From an uncultured Methanobacteriaceae archaeon (GTDB lineage: Archaea; Methanobacteriota; Methanobacteria; Methanobacteriales; Methanobacteriaceae): a DNA stretch of 64,000 nt. Below the pieces are notes generated by a model, which was given only the letters and a program-made list of their open reading frames with translations, was not told the origin of the DNA and searched no databases. Positions 10,701-22,712 of the stretch are shown here, piece after piece (positions within the stretch are counted from its first letter, which is position 1; each line of letters starts with the position of its first letter). The position numbers were made by a program, and so were the translations under genes. The stretch lies in NCBI GenBank assembly GCA_963704525.1, contig OY969914.1, positions 890,475-954,474 on the forward strand, in the 5' to 3' direction.

Positions 10701-11051
10701 CTAATAACGTTTGACGGTGAGTTCCCTATTTAGAGACCCCGTTATAGTTAAATAATCAATTTTTTCCCTAAGTTTTTTAAGTAGCAATTTAATTTCGGTT
10801 TTGTTCATTTCAGAAATCCATGGATAGTTATTCTTGAAATCCATTGCCAGTACCATTGCTTCGGTCCAGTAATATTTATCTGTGGGAGTTTCTTTTTCAA
10901 CTGTCTCATCACACAGTATCTGCATGGTTTTTGTAAGGATCCCCTTGTTCTGATTTTTTCTGTCCCATTCACGGGAATTAAACTGCCACAAACACCATTT
11001 CATGATGTAGTCAACAAGTTGCTCTACTCTGTCCTGCATAATGTCTTCCAT
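10701..11051 (-). CDS. anfG: Fe-only nitrogenase delta subunit
   Basis: DYIMKWCLWQFNSREWDR and LTITGSLNREL are VnfG/AnfG motifs; GGGAG RBS before ATG at 11051 (track starts further upstream, at 11120). Confidence 0.92.
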   Translation of the reverse strand: MEDIMQDRVEQLVDYIMKWCLWQFNSREWDRKNQNKGILTKTMQILCDETVEKETPTDKYYWTEAMVLAMDFKNNYPWISEMNKTEIKLLLKKLREKIDYLTITGSLNRELTVKRY

Positions 11052-11086
11052 TATTTTTCTCCCTTTTTTAGGTTGTTTTACTATTT

Positions 11087-12715
<1,629 letters not shown>

Positions 12716-12816
12716 TTAGTTCATGTTTAAAAAAATTAAAAAAAATTCATCTACAACTAAGATCTGTAATTCAAACAAAATTCCCATTAGGGGACCTGTT
12801 TAAATACCGAATACCA

Positions 12817-12866
12817 GATTCTCCTTGATTTTTAACGATTAAAAAACCTTAAATTCAAGGGGAATC
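12817..12866. other. Stem-loop in the anfH-anfD spacer
   Basis: GATTCTCCTTGA (12817-12828) and TCAAGGGGAATC (12855-12866) form a 12-bp inverted repeat with one non-Watson-Crick position. Confidence 0.5.
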
Positions 12867-12949
12867 GGCTTCGATATGATATCTCAAATAAATTTTTCAT
12901 TTAAAAATCCCATAAAATGTTTATTGAATTCTCAATAATCACATTTATT

Positions 12950-13786
<837 letters not shown>

Positions 13787-13831
13787 CTAAATTTTTTGTG
13801 TTTTTTTGAATCGTATTTAATTGTAAATAAT

Positions 13832-13847
13832 CGGAAGTATGCTTCCG
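13832..13847. promoter_or_regulatory. NrpR-type nitrogen operator (GGAA-N6-TTCC) upstream of anfH
   Basis: CGGAA gtatgc TTCCG, 54 bp upstream of the anfH ATG; matches the known euryarchaeal NrpR operator consensus. Confidence 0.8.
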
Positions 13848-13959
13848 TCTTCCGACAATATTGTTCTTGTTTCTCATTATTTATAAATCTTTTGATGAAA
13901 AGAAATCTGCCAAACAGAATAAAATAAAATTTAATCAAATTTCAGTAGCCAATAATAAA

Positions 13960-13967
13960 TATATAAA
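13960..13967 (-). promoter_or_regulatory. Candidate TATA box for the anf operon
   Basis: Minus strand TTTATATA preceded by purine-rich GGTAGAAATA. The region is very AT-rich, so other candidates exist. Confidence 0.4.
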
Positions 13968-14328
13968 TATTTCTACCGTTATGAGACCCAAATATTAAAT
14001 AATATAATTTAATATTCATTTAAACCTAATTTAGAGCAATAATAGATATTTTTATTATAAAAAATATTTTGTAAAATTTATAAAACAAATTGATATAAAA
14101 TTCGGAAAAATAGAATGAATGTTGGGAAATCAAGAATAAAATATGAAATTTTTATATTAAAATTGATTAATATTTGAACAAAAATAAAAAATAATATTTA
14201 TTAATTGTAAATTTTCCAATAATCCATTGACAATGGCAAATAAATTAATTTATTGTTTATTGTCTAAAGATTCAAGTAATTTAGTAATTTATTTTGTTTA
14301 AAAGGGTTACAATTTATCGTATTATCCC

Positions 14329-14520
14329 CTAAAATCGGGGCATAAGTCTCATTCTCACCACGTTGAAACATATTGCAAATCCAAATAATATGAATCTATC
14401 ATAAAATCCAATTAAACTGAATATTGATGCGATTAACCCCGATATTCCAGCTATAATGTGTACTATCCTGTTTTTCTTATCAGAAAAATAAGATTTAATT
14501 CCCTTTAAAATTGATTTCAT
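14329..14520 (-). CDS. Small membrane protein (63 aa)
   Basis: GGAGG RBS, ATG start, basic N-terminus and two hydrophobic helices. Confidence 0.6.
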   Translation of the reverse strand: MKSILKGIKSYFSDKKNRIVHIIAGISGLIASIFSLIGFYDRFILFGFAICFNVVRMRLMPRF

Positions 14521-14812
14521 TAAATTCCTCCAGACTTAGGTAAGTAAAATTTAAATATATAAAAATAAATTATATATATTTTTATTATATAAAATTTTTA
14601 TATATAAAATAATGATATAATCATATTTATAGTTTTGTAAACTCAATTCAAAAAATTACTAATAAATAAAATAAAATTAAGGAATCAGATACCAATTAAA
14701 TCTATCAACATTTGTTAATCATTGTAAAAATAGAATAACTTATAGAAAACTTAATTTCACCAAACGAATACATAAAAAATAAGAATATAAAAAAAATTAT
14801 GAGGTGACTCAT

Positions 14813-15589
14813 ATGGCAAAAAAAAATGTCCAATCAGATACATTGAAAAAAAGAACCCTTAAGACTAAAAAAGGGGCAAACGATCTAAATGAAAAAACTG
14901 AGGATATAAAAGGTGATACCATGGATAAAACATCAAAAACTAAAGAGAAAGCCATAGAAGTTAAAAAAGGAGCATTAGAAAAAACTCGTAATGCCAAAGA
15001 CAAAGCCCTAGACAAAACATTAGAAGCCAAAGATAAAGCCCTAGACAAAACATTAGAAGCCAAAGATAAAGCATTGATGAAAACAACACAAGTTAAGGAA
15101 GATGCGACCATTAAAACTTCAGAGATCAAAGAGGAAGCTTCGGATAAAAAAGCAGATCTCAGAGAAAAATCAGAAAAGACAAGAAAACAGGCCGAAAGAA
15201 AAATAAATGAATTTATTAGCTCTTTAAAAGATAAACAAGATGAATTAGGTAAAACCCTTTCAGATTATACAGCTGCAGAAAAACCATTAACTGACATCAT
15301 TAACACCGAGGAATCGTTCGTAATAAAAACCGATCTTCCAGGGGTTTTAAAAGAAAATATAAATGTTCATATCACGGAAGATTCGGTTGATATAACTGTT
15401 AAATTTGAAGATGTGCCAGAAGATGCTGAATTTATCAAGAAAGAAAGAAATTATGGCGAAATCAATAGGGAAATAAAACTTCCTGAATTGATAGAAGTAA
15501 AAAAAGCTTCAGCCAAGTTTGAAGAATCTACTTTAACCATCGAACTACCTAAAGTTCAGGAAGACAGGATCAAAATTAAAATTGAATAA
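14813..15589 (+). CDS. Small heat-shock protein (Hsp20/alpha-crystallin) with long Lys/Glu/Ala-rich repeat N-terminus
   Basis: C-terminal DLPGVLKENI...ERNYGEINREIKLP...ASAKFEESTLTIELPK and IKIE tail; GAGGTGA RBS favours ATG 14813. Confidence 0.85.
   Translation: MAKKNVQSDTLKKRTLKTKKGANDLNEKTEDIKGDTMDKTSKTKEKAIEVKKGALEKTRNAKDKALDKTLEAKDKALDKTLEAKDKALMKTTQVKEDATIKTSEIKEEASDKKADLREKSEKTRKQAERKINEFISSLKDKQDELGKTLSDYTAAEKPLTDIINTEESFVIKTDLPGVLKENINVHITEDSVDITVKFEDVPEDAEFIKKERNYGEINREIKLPELIEVKKASAKFEESTLTIELPKVQEDRIKIKIE
14993..15091 (+). repeat. 33-bp tandem repeat x3 (AKDKALDKTLE) inside the hsp20 gene
   Basis: gccaaaga(c/t)aaagccctagacaaaacattagaa at 14993 and 15026, with a diverged third copy at 15059. 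Confidence 0.9.
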
Positions 15590-15675
15590 ATTAATATTTT
15601 TTCTTTTTTTTTATTTAAAGAATGTCTAAACATATCTTAAATCCACATCAAAGAGTTCATGTACCAATAGAATAT

Positions 15676-17784
15676 TCATGAATATTCTTTGTCTTTAAAG
15701 TCAATTCTAAAAGTAACCCCATCATTGTTAGAACAAGTTAAATTGCCGTCAATTTGGTTAGTTAAAGTGTTTATTAACTGCAAGCCGAGTGAATTGTTAT
15801 TTTCAAGGTTAAAGTCTTCAGGCAAACCAACACCATTATCTTCCACAATCAATGTATATCCACCATCATTTTTGTGAAGTTTAATGTTGATAATTCCTTC
15901 ATGAACCATTGACTCACCATATGGAAATGCATATTTCAAACTGTTTGTTAATAATTCGTTCAAGATAAGTCCCAAAGGAATCGAAGTGTTAATATCGAGT
16001 TTAACGTCCTCCACATCAAAATTGAGTTTTATATTGCCTGGATCGTAAACATAACTATCGAATATATCTCCAGCCAGTGTTTTGATGTAATCTCCAAAAT
16101 CTATATGTTTAAGATCAGAAGATGAATAAAGTCTTTGATGAATAATTGCCATGGATTTTGCTCTGCTCTGACTTTCCTTGAACATGATAAGGTCATCCTT
16201 ATCCTTAATATACCTTGATTGAAGATTTAGAAGGCTTGAGATGACTGTTAAATTATTTTTAACACGATGATGTATTTCCATTAAAAGAGTTTCCTTTTCT
16301 TGCAGTGACCGTTTGATCTCATATTCTGCATTCTTACGATCTGTAATATCTAATAATGATATTAAACTATCCTTTGAATTAGGAATTAGAACAGCTGCAA
16401 CATAAACATTTTTCAAATTCCCTGCCTTGTTAACAAATTTAAATTCGTAGTTTTTAGGATTTGGTTCATTTTTAGTAATTCTAACCTGATTCGTTTCGTT
16501 CATCAAATCAAGATCATCAATGAACACAAAATCCTTCCATGATTTATTGCCTTCGATCTCATTTTTTGTGTAGCCCGACAACCTCTCAAACTCTGTATTT
16601 GCCAGAGATATAATATCGTCTTCACCGATAATTACTGTTGCAGTGCCAGTATTTTCAAATATAGTGCGGTATGCTAATTCTGAATCCTTCAAAGACTTCG
16701 AAATTTCTTTTCTTAAGACAATTTCATTCTGTGCCTTCCAGTAAAGATTTTTATTTTCCCTGATCGAAATGAACTGACGTGCCACAACAAGAACAATCAT
16801 AACCCCAATTCCAAATTCCAAAAATGTTAAATTTGGATTGTAAGTATTATACGCCCAAATTAAGGACATATAACCCAAAGAAACTCCAGTTAACGCAATA
16901 TAGGGTGTTAAAGAGTAATTTTTGTAGATGTTTGAAGTAAATTCAAATAATAAATCCAAATTAATCCTTTGATGATTGAACTGGGAAACACCGGCCAGAC
17001 CAATGAACAAGTACCCAATCAACCAACCAAAATCTGCAGGATTACCTGATAAATAGGATCCATGAACAAACTGATACACATATATACAGCTGGTTATCAG
17101 CAGAACAAATATTCCAGCTAAAAGCAAAATAATAGGTGCATATATTTCCTCTTTAAGTCTGTTAAACAGAAGATCTAGCATTGCAAAAATCAGCGCCAAA
17201 CCACCCATAACATATATTAGCATGATTAAGAGCGATTTAATGTCGCCGTTAAAATTTTCAAGTCCAGGTGCTATTAAAAATATCCAAAATAATAGGGATA
17301 TTGAAAACATTATGATCAAAATATCAAAGTACTGTTTGAATCTTTGAAGTGGATTTTTATAAGTAGATGGAAAGAGGATAATCCCACCTAAGAATAATGG
17401 ATAAAAAAACAGGTAAAATATTTCAGAAATCGATGATGTTGGATTTTGATTGGATAAAACTGAAGCAGCCCAAAATATATTTCCCAAAACCGAAGTTAAA
17501 ACAGCTAACATGATCAAGGCCCATCCTGCCTTAACTCGCTTTTTAGATGGATCAATAGATTTAGTAGCAAAATAAAGAGTTACTGTAACAGCAGAATAAA
17601 GCAACGTTATCATCACAGAAGTTAACAGATAATCAAGATTTGGATTGTTAATAAAAATAAAAAATACAACTAAATAAACTAGTAAAAATAATAATCCAAA
17701 AATCCATGCCCTTCTAAAAGAAAGGGTAAAAGATTTATTATTAACTTGTTCTGTGGGATCATTTTCTTCTATCATTACGACCAT
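15676..17784 (-). CDS. Membrane sensor histidine kinase (multi-TM, PAS, HisKA_2, HATPase)
   Basis: Many TM helices, [14 protein letters not shown] start, [30 protein letters not shown]. Confidence 0.9.
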   Translation of the reverse strand: MVVMIEENDPTEQVNNKSFTLSFRRAWIFGLLFLLVYLVVFFIFINNPNLDYLLTSVMITLLYSAVTVTLYFATKSIDPSKKRVKAGWALIMLAVLTSVLGNIFWAASVLSNQNPTSSISEIFYLFFYPLFLGGIILFPSTYKNPLQRFKQYFDILIIMFSISLLFWIFLIAPGLENFNGDIKSLLIMLIYVMGGLALIFAMLDLLFNRLKEEIYAPIILLLAGIFVLLITSCIYVYQFVHGSYLSGNPADFGWLIGYLFIGLAGVSQFNHQRINLDLLFEFTSNIYKNYSLTPYIALTGVSLGYMSLIWAYNTYNPNLTFLEFGIGVMIVLVVARQFISIRENKNLYWKAQNEIVLRKEISKSLKDSELAYRTIFENTGTATVIIGEDDIISLANTEFERLSGYTKNEIEGNKSWKDFVFIDDLDLMNETNQVRITKNEPNPKNYEFKFVNKAGNLKNVYVAAVLIPNSKDSLISLLDITDRKNAEYEIKRSLQEKETLLMEIHHRVKNNLTVISSLLNLQSRYIKDKDDLIMFKESQSRAKSMAIIHQRLYSSSDLKHIDFGDYIKTLAGDIFDSYVYDPGNIKLNFDVEDVKLDINTSIPLGLILNELLTNSLKYAFPYGESMVHEGIINIKLHKNDGGYTLIVEDNGVGLPEDFNLENNNSLGLQLINTLTNQIDGNLTCSNNDGVTFRIDFKDKEYS

Positions 17785-18225
17785 ACTAACCTATTTTTTA
17801 TACAATTAAATACTTTATCCCTGATTGATTATGGAAACGTTTTACACAATGAAAATTTAACTTAAACTCAATTTACTTATCATTTTCACAGTACCAAAAA
17901 ATTTTAGGCAATTTTTGTGATTATATTCACAAAATATCTCTAATTGGAGTTAATAATAAAATAATTATTTTTGAAAGAGTTAACAAATTTAGTTAAATAC
18001 ATTTTTAGAAATTTCCAAGATTAGAGGATAAAAAATTAATATGAAAAACCATTTTTTTTTACCATTTAAAATATTTGAAATAATTAAATTCTTTGAAGAA
18101 CATAATAAAAAATGAAAAAAATTGGAAAAATGTTTTTAGAAATATATGGTTGAACTTAATTGAATCATAAAACTAAGTGAATTTGTGCATAAATATTTTA
18201 AAAGATATTTAAAGAGAGAAAAATT

Positions 18226-19398
18226 ATGTCATTTTTATCGCTGGTGGTAAAAAATCCATTCAGAAACAAAACAAGAAGTGCCCTTGCTATTGTGGGTATA
18301 GCAATTGGCATAATGGTCATTGTAGCCCTAGGAATGGTTACAGGAGGCCTTAAAACTTCGACTCAGAGTACTTTAAAGGCGGGTGCGGCTGAAATAACCG
18401 CTCTTCAAACCGGTTCAAACAGTTTTGGATCGGGAGGAACTCTGAATGAAAGTCTTTCAACTGAATTAAAGTCAATAGACGGTGTCAAAGACACTGCAGG
18501 AATTTTAAGAGCAACCAACACATCAACAACTACAGCTAGCTCGTTAAGTGCCAATAGTTCACAGAGCAGTTTTGGACCCGGAGGTGGTGTATCCATAACT
18601 GGAATTGATTCAGGAAAGTTGAGTTTAGTTGGTATAGATAGTGTTAATGGTACTGCTTTCAGTAATGGAAGTACCGATGAGGTAATTATAGGTAAAACCT
18701 TTGCTCAAAACCAAAACCTGACAGTGGGAAGTACAATAAACCTGTATGGTAAAGACTTTAAAATTACAGGAACATTCGAAACAGGTAACTTCATAACGGA
18801 TGCAGGAATTTATATGCCTCTTTCAAACTTACAAAATTTAACAAGCAACGATAACAAGGTCAGTGCAATCTTAGTAAAGGTTACCGACAACGCAAATGTA
18901 ACCACCGTGAGTCAAAATATTGAATCTGCCTATCCTAATCAACTTACAACTACAACTGCAGAAGCAACAGCAGGCAGAATAAATCAGGGCCTGGGCTTTA
19001 TTGATACTGCTTCATGGGCTATTTCACTCCTGGCCATTTTTATTGGCGCAGTTGGAGTTATAAATACCATGATAATGTCCGTATATGAAAGAACAAGGGA
19101 AATAGGAGTTCTTAAAGCAGTTGGATGGACAGATAAAAGAATTTTGGCCATGATCCTTGGAGAGTCTGTTGTTCTCACGTTAATAGCATTTGTGGTTGGT
19201 ACCGTGATCGCAGTTGTTGGAGTTGAGATATTGTTAACATACAGCCCGTCCGTTTCAGGTATTATTAAACCATCATTTGCTCTGGACATATTTTTAAGGG
19301 CATTTGTAGTGGCATTCCTGGTAGGAGTTATTGGAGGTTTGTATCCTGCATACAGAGCAAGCAGATTATCCCCAACGGAGGCCCTGCGCTATGAATAA
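18226..19398 (+). CDS. ABC transporter permease (MacB/FtsX family)
   Basis: RNKTRSALAIVGIAIG, SVYERTREIGVLKAVG, YPAYRASRLSPTEALRYE. Confidence 0.9.
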   Translation: MSFLSLVVKNPFRNKTRSALAIVGIAIGIMVIVALGMVTGGLKTSTQSTLKAGAAEITALQTGSNSFGSGGTLNESLSTELKSIDGVKDTAGILRATNTSTTTASSLSANSSQSSFGPGGGVSITGIDSGKLSLVGIDSVNGTAFSNGSTDEVIIGKTFAQNQNLTVGSTINLYGKDFKITGTFETGNFITDAGIYMPLSNLQNLTSNDNKVSAILVKVTDNANVTTVSQNIESAYPNQLTTTTAEATAGRINQGLGFIDTASWAISLLAIFIGAVGVINTMIMSVYERTREIGVLKAVGWTDKRILAMILGESVVLTLIAFVVGTVIAVVGVEILLTYSPSVSGIIKPSFALDIFLRAFVVAFLVGVIGGLYPAYRASRLSPTEALRYE

Positions 19399-20086
19399 CA
19401 CAGAAAATATCATTGAAATTAAGAATTTGAAAAAAAGTTATGACCATGGAAATATAAAAGCCTTGAATGGTATGAATCTCACCGTGAAAAGGGGAGAATT
19501 TATCTCCATAATGGGACCATCTGGATCGGGTAAATCCACCCTCTTAAACATGATTGGAGCATTAGATACTGCAGACGAAGGAACTATCAAAGTTGCAGGT
19601 ATTGATTTGATGAAAACCAAAAAATTGAATCAATTCCGTTCAAAGGAAATTGGTTTCGTTTTTCAGATGCACAACTTGATACCAAATCTTACTGTACTAG
19701 AAAATGTACAGATTCCCATGTTTGAAACCAATACAGACTCTTCTGAAATGAAGGAACGGGCAGTAGATCTCTTAAAATCAGTGCATCTTGAAAAGAAAAT
19801 TGATCAGAAACCAACCAAATTATCTGGTGGTGAAAGGCAACGTGTCGCTATTGCCAGAGCACTGGTTAACCATCCATCCATTATTTTAGCTGATGAACCC
19901 ACTGGTTCTCTTGATTCTAAAACAGGAGAGGTCATACTAAATCTACTCAAGGAACTCCACAGTAAGGAAAATGTAACCCTTGTAATGGTTACACACGAAC
20001 CCTACGTAGGAAACATGGCTGAAAGACTCGTGAATGTTCTGGATGGTAAGTGTAAATCAGACAATAAAATCAATAATACAGTTTAA
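19391..20086 (+). CDS. ABC transporter ATP-binding protein (LolD/MacB type)
   Basis: GPSGSGKST Walker A, LSGGERQRVAIARAL signature, ILADEPTG; ATG at 19391 overlaps the permease stop. Confidence 0.92.
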   Translation: MNNTENIIEIKNLKKSYDHGNIKALNGMNLTVKRGEFISIMGPSGSGKSTLLNMIGALDTADEGTIKVAGIDLMKTKKLNQFRSKEIGFVFQMHNLIPNLTVLENVQIPMFETNTDSSEMKERAVDLLKSVHLEKKIDQKPTKLSGGERQRVAIARALVNHPSIILADEPTGSLDSKTGEVILNLLKELHSKENVTLVMVTHEPYVGNMAERLVNVLDGKCKSDNKINNTV

Positions 20087-20140
20087 AACTTACTTCTCTT
20101 TTTTATTTTTTAAATAAACACATAACTGAAGAATAGGTAA

Positions 20141-20305
20141 TTGAAGTTATTAATTCATACTGATCAACTAGTACAGTTAATAACTAATCAACTAATGCAG
20201 TTAATAACTGATCAAGTAACGCAGTTAATAACTAATCAACTAATGCAGTTAATAGGTGACCAAGTAAATCAGTCCATACGATCAAGTTACAAACTAATAA
20301 ATTAA
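20141..20305 (+). CDS. Possible 54-aa octapeptide-repeat small protein (not in ORF track)
   Basis: TTG start after AGGT; reads MKLLIH-TDQLVQLI-TNQLMQLI-TDQVTQLI-TNQLMQLI-GDQVNQSI-RSSYKLIN*. Whether it is coding is uncertain. Confidence 0.35.
   Translation: MKLLIHTDQLVQLITNQLMQLITDQVTQLITNQLMQLIGDQVNQSIRSSYKLIN
20159..20278 (+). repeat. 24-bp tandem repeat, five degenerate copies
   Basis: actgatcaactagtacagttaata / actaatcaactaatgcagttaata / actgatcaagtaacgcagttaata / actaatcaactaatgcagttaata / ggtgaccaagtaaatcagtccata. Confidence 0.9.
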
Positions 20306-20544
20306 TTTGTTAATTATGGAGTAAGTACTAATATTTTAGTTTTTATGGATTATATTTAGATTTAACAATAGTAATAATTAAATTGATTTTTATATGATGA
20401 ATAAACTATTATAACATGATGAATAATTTGAAGTTAAATAAAAAAAAACCAAAATTGCGAATAAAAATTGAAATTAAACTAGATAAAGCAGTTTTTATGG
20501 TGTTTAAAACTTCTTTTTATTAAAATACATAGAAAGGAAATATA

Positions 20545-21504
20545 TTGGAGACATTATTGATGAAGATTCAATTCAAATATTTAATAATTATATTAGCAAT
20601 TGCAGTTCTAGTAGCGGGCATTACTACAGTTGCATTTTCAGGAAAGAACATTAAAACAAATCATTTTGAAAAGGACGAGGTTTCCTTCGAATATCCAGAC
20701 ACTTGGCAGATTGTAAACCAAACCAAACCATCCCAAATAGTTGCGTTTAACGATGAAAATGCAAGCTTAAACGTTACAGTAAACAGATGGAATATTGTTC
20801 CAGGATATGGGCCAACAGAAAATTTTACCTTCAGCGAACCAGCCGATATATCTGGGTTAAAATTTATTTCTCATAAAACTCTAGATCTTAACGGTACAAC
20901 TGTTAATGAAAATGTTTACCAGTATAATTCCAGTGGTACAACTTTGCAGCGTACAGAAATGTGGATAAATAAAAACAACCAACTCTACAGCATAATATTC
21001 ACAACTACAAATTCCAAGTTAAATGATAAAAGTCCTGAAATTAAAGCTTTAACACAAAATTTAACAATTAATGATGCATCAATCCCTCAAAATCAGGTAT
21101 GGGGTCAAGTATCCATACCATCAGAAGGAGTAACCTGGGACATTCGCCAGGACGGTGTGAATTATTATGGATCTGTTTACCATTATTCCAACAGTTTTTT
21201 CACGGGACAAAATGGTACAGTAGGATTATTAGGCCATCATACAAGATATTCTGCGCCCTTTGCAAACATTAATCTGCTTAATAATGGAGATAAAGTAATA
21301 ATAACCGATTATTTAACCCAAAGAAACTACGTTTACGAAGTCATAAGTAACGGAGATATTAAAAGCGATTATAAAACTAATCCCCTGCAGTTTGCTGCAG
21401 GAGCATACGAACTTACATTGGTGACATGTTATCCTCCAGGTTATGAGGAAGCAGCATTCCTAACACACTGCAAGTTAGATTCAATTGAACCTATTAACTC
21501 ATAG
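20545..21504 (+). CDS. Membrane-anchored protein: PsbP/DcrB-like N-domain fused to a sortase-family domain
   Basis: N-terminal TM; FEYPDTWQ PsbP-like start; sortase motifs GLLGHHT..SAPFANINLLNNGDKVII and LTLVTC. Confidence 0.7.
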   Translation: METLLMKIQFKYLIIILAIAVLVAGITTVAFSGKNIKTNHFEKDEVSFEYPDTWQIVNQTKPSQIVAFNDENASLNVTVNRWNIVPGYGPTENFTFSEPADISGLKFISHKTLDLNGTTVNENVYQYNSSGTTLQRTEMWINKNNQLYSIIFTTTNSKLNDKSPEIKALTQNLTINDASIPQNQVWGQVSIPSEGVTWDIRQDGVNYYGSVYHYSNSFFTGQNGTVGLLGHHTRYSAPFANINLLNNGDKVIITDYLTQRNYVYEVISNGDIKSDYKTNPLQFAAGAYELTLVTCYPPGYEEAAFLTHCKLDSIEPINS

Positions 21505-21618
21505 ATTCTATTTGAATTTAAAAAAAATGAGAAAAGGATTTTTTTCTTAAAAAAACTTAATTTTTTTTTAGAGTTGAAGAATTATTAAAGGTACAATAAA
21601 CCTTTAATTTTTTATCAG

Positions 21619-22392
21619 CTAAATATTCAGATACTCCACTTTTAAAATGTCATCTGGAGGTATTCGAACACCATTAGCGTTGTAGTTAGTTTTACAATTG
21701 AAATTCAGTTCCTTATCATGAACTCTCTGGTACAGATAGAAAAGAACCTTACCTATAAGGTCAGGGTGGGAAAAATTGGTCTTGAACTTGACAATGCAAG
21801 GCATAGAATTATTACTATATTCTTTGAAAAGATCGTAGCCATAACTACTTTCAAAACAGAAACATATATCCTTAATAATTTCGGGTACAGCCAGATAGTC
21901 ATGGTGTCTGATTTTATTTGCAATAAATGCTGTTTCCTTTATTGAAATAGCATATGGTCCCTTAAAATGAGTGTTTGAAATTCTGAATTTGTACAAAGAT
22001 GAATGCGGACCAAGTAAACCTAATTCCATATTAGTTCTGAAACTGGCCCATTCATCATCAGAAATTTTATCTGCAATAAGATTATAGAGTTTATCCCATT
22101 TACTCTCGACGATATCTATTAATGGAAGAATTCCAGATTTAAAATCTTCATTTTTATATAATCTTGTTAAATGAAACCAGTTTGATTGATCATAACTCAT
22201 TACAGAGTTAAATTCTTTTTTAAACTTGGATAATAGTATTTTATCTCCAGTTTCATAGAAGGGATTTCTTTGATAAAAGTCATCCATATCAAAACCTTTA
22301 AGAAAATTCAAAATATCTTCCTTATTAATTTGAGTAATGTTTTCAAGTGAGGATAAAGTAGTATAAAATGATTCACAATCTAATACTTTCAT
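21619..22392 (-). CDS. Hypothetical protein
   Basis: 257-aa ORF with ATG and protein-like composition; WFHLTR and KGPY motifs; family not recognised. Confidence 0.7.
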   Translation of the reverse strand: MKVLDCESFYTTLSSLENITQINKEDILNFLKGFDMDDFYQRNPFYETGDKILLSKFKKEFNSVMSYDQSNWFHLTRLYKNEDFKSGILPLIDIVESKWDKLYNLIADKISDDEWASFRTNMELGLLGPHSSLYKFRISNTHFKGPYAISIKETAFIANKIRHHDYLAVPEIIKDICFCFESSYGYDLFKEYSNNSMPCIVKFKTNFSHPDLIGKVLFYLYQRVHDKELNFNCKTNYNANGVRIPPDDILKVEYLNI

Positions 22393-22712
22393 AAAGATAA
22401 TATGGGGTTTAATTTATATATATATTCCTGTAATGAATAGATTTTTTGATGTTTAAGATAAAAAACCATATTTTATGAGTTTGTTTAGTTAATTTATTAA
22501 ACCGCCAAAATAATTATAACCAATTTTTTAGTAGTGAATAGGAATTTTATACTCAAAAATAAATATTTTTGAAATAAACTAACATCAATATTCGATGAAT
22601 TTCATTTAATTGCATGGTTTTTATTAAAATTTATATACCTTCTTATCAAATAATATATAATATTACTATAAATTATTTGAAGATTTTAAAAAAAAATCAA
22701 GTTGCTGATCAA

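Noticed and set aside
20159-20278. Mini CRISPR array
   Set aside because: Repeats are contiguous without unique spacers, and no cas genes are in the window.
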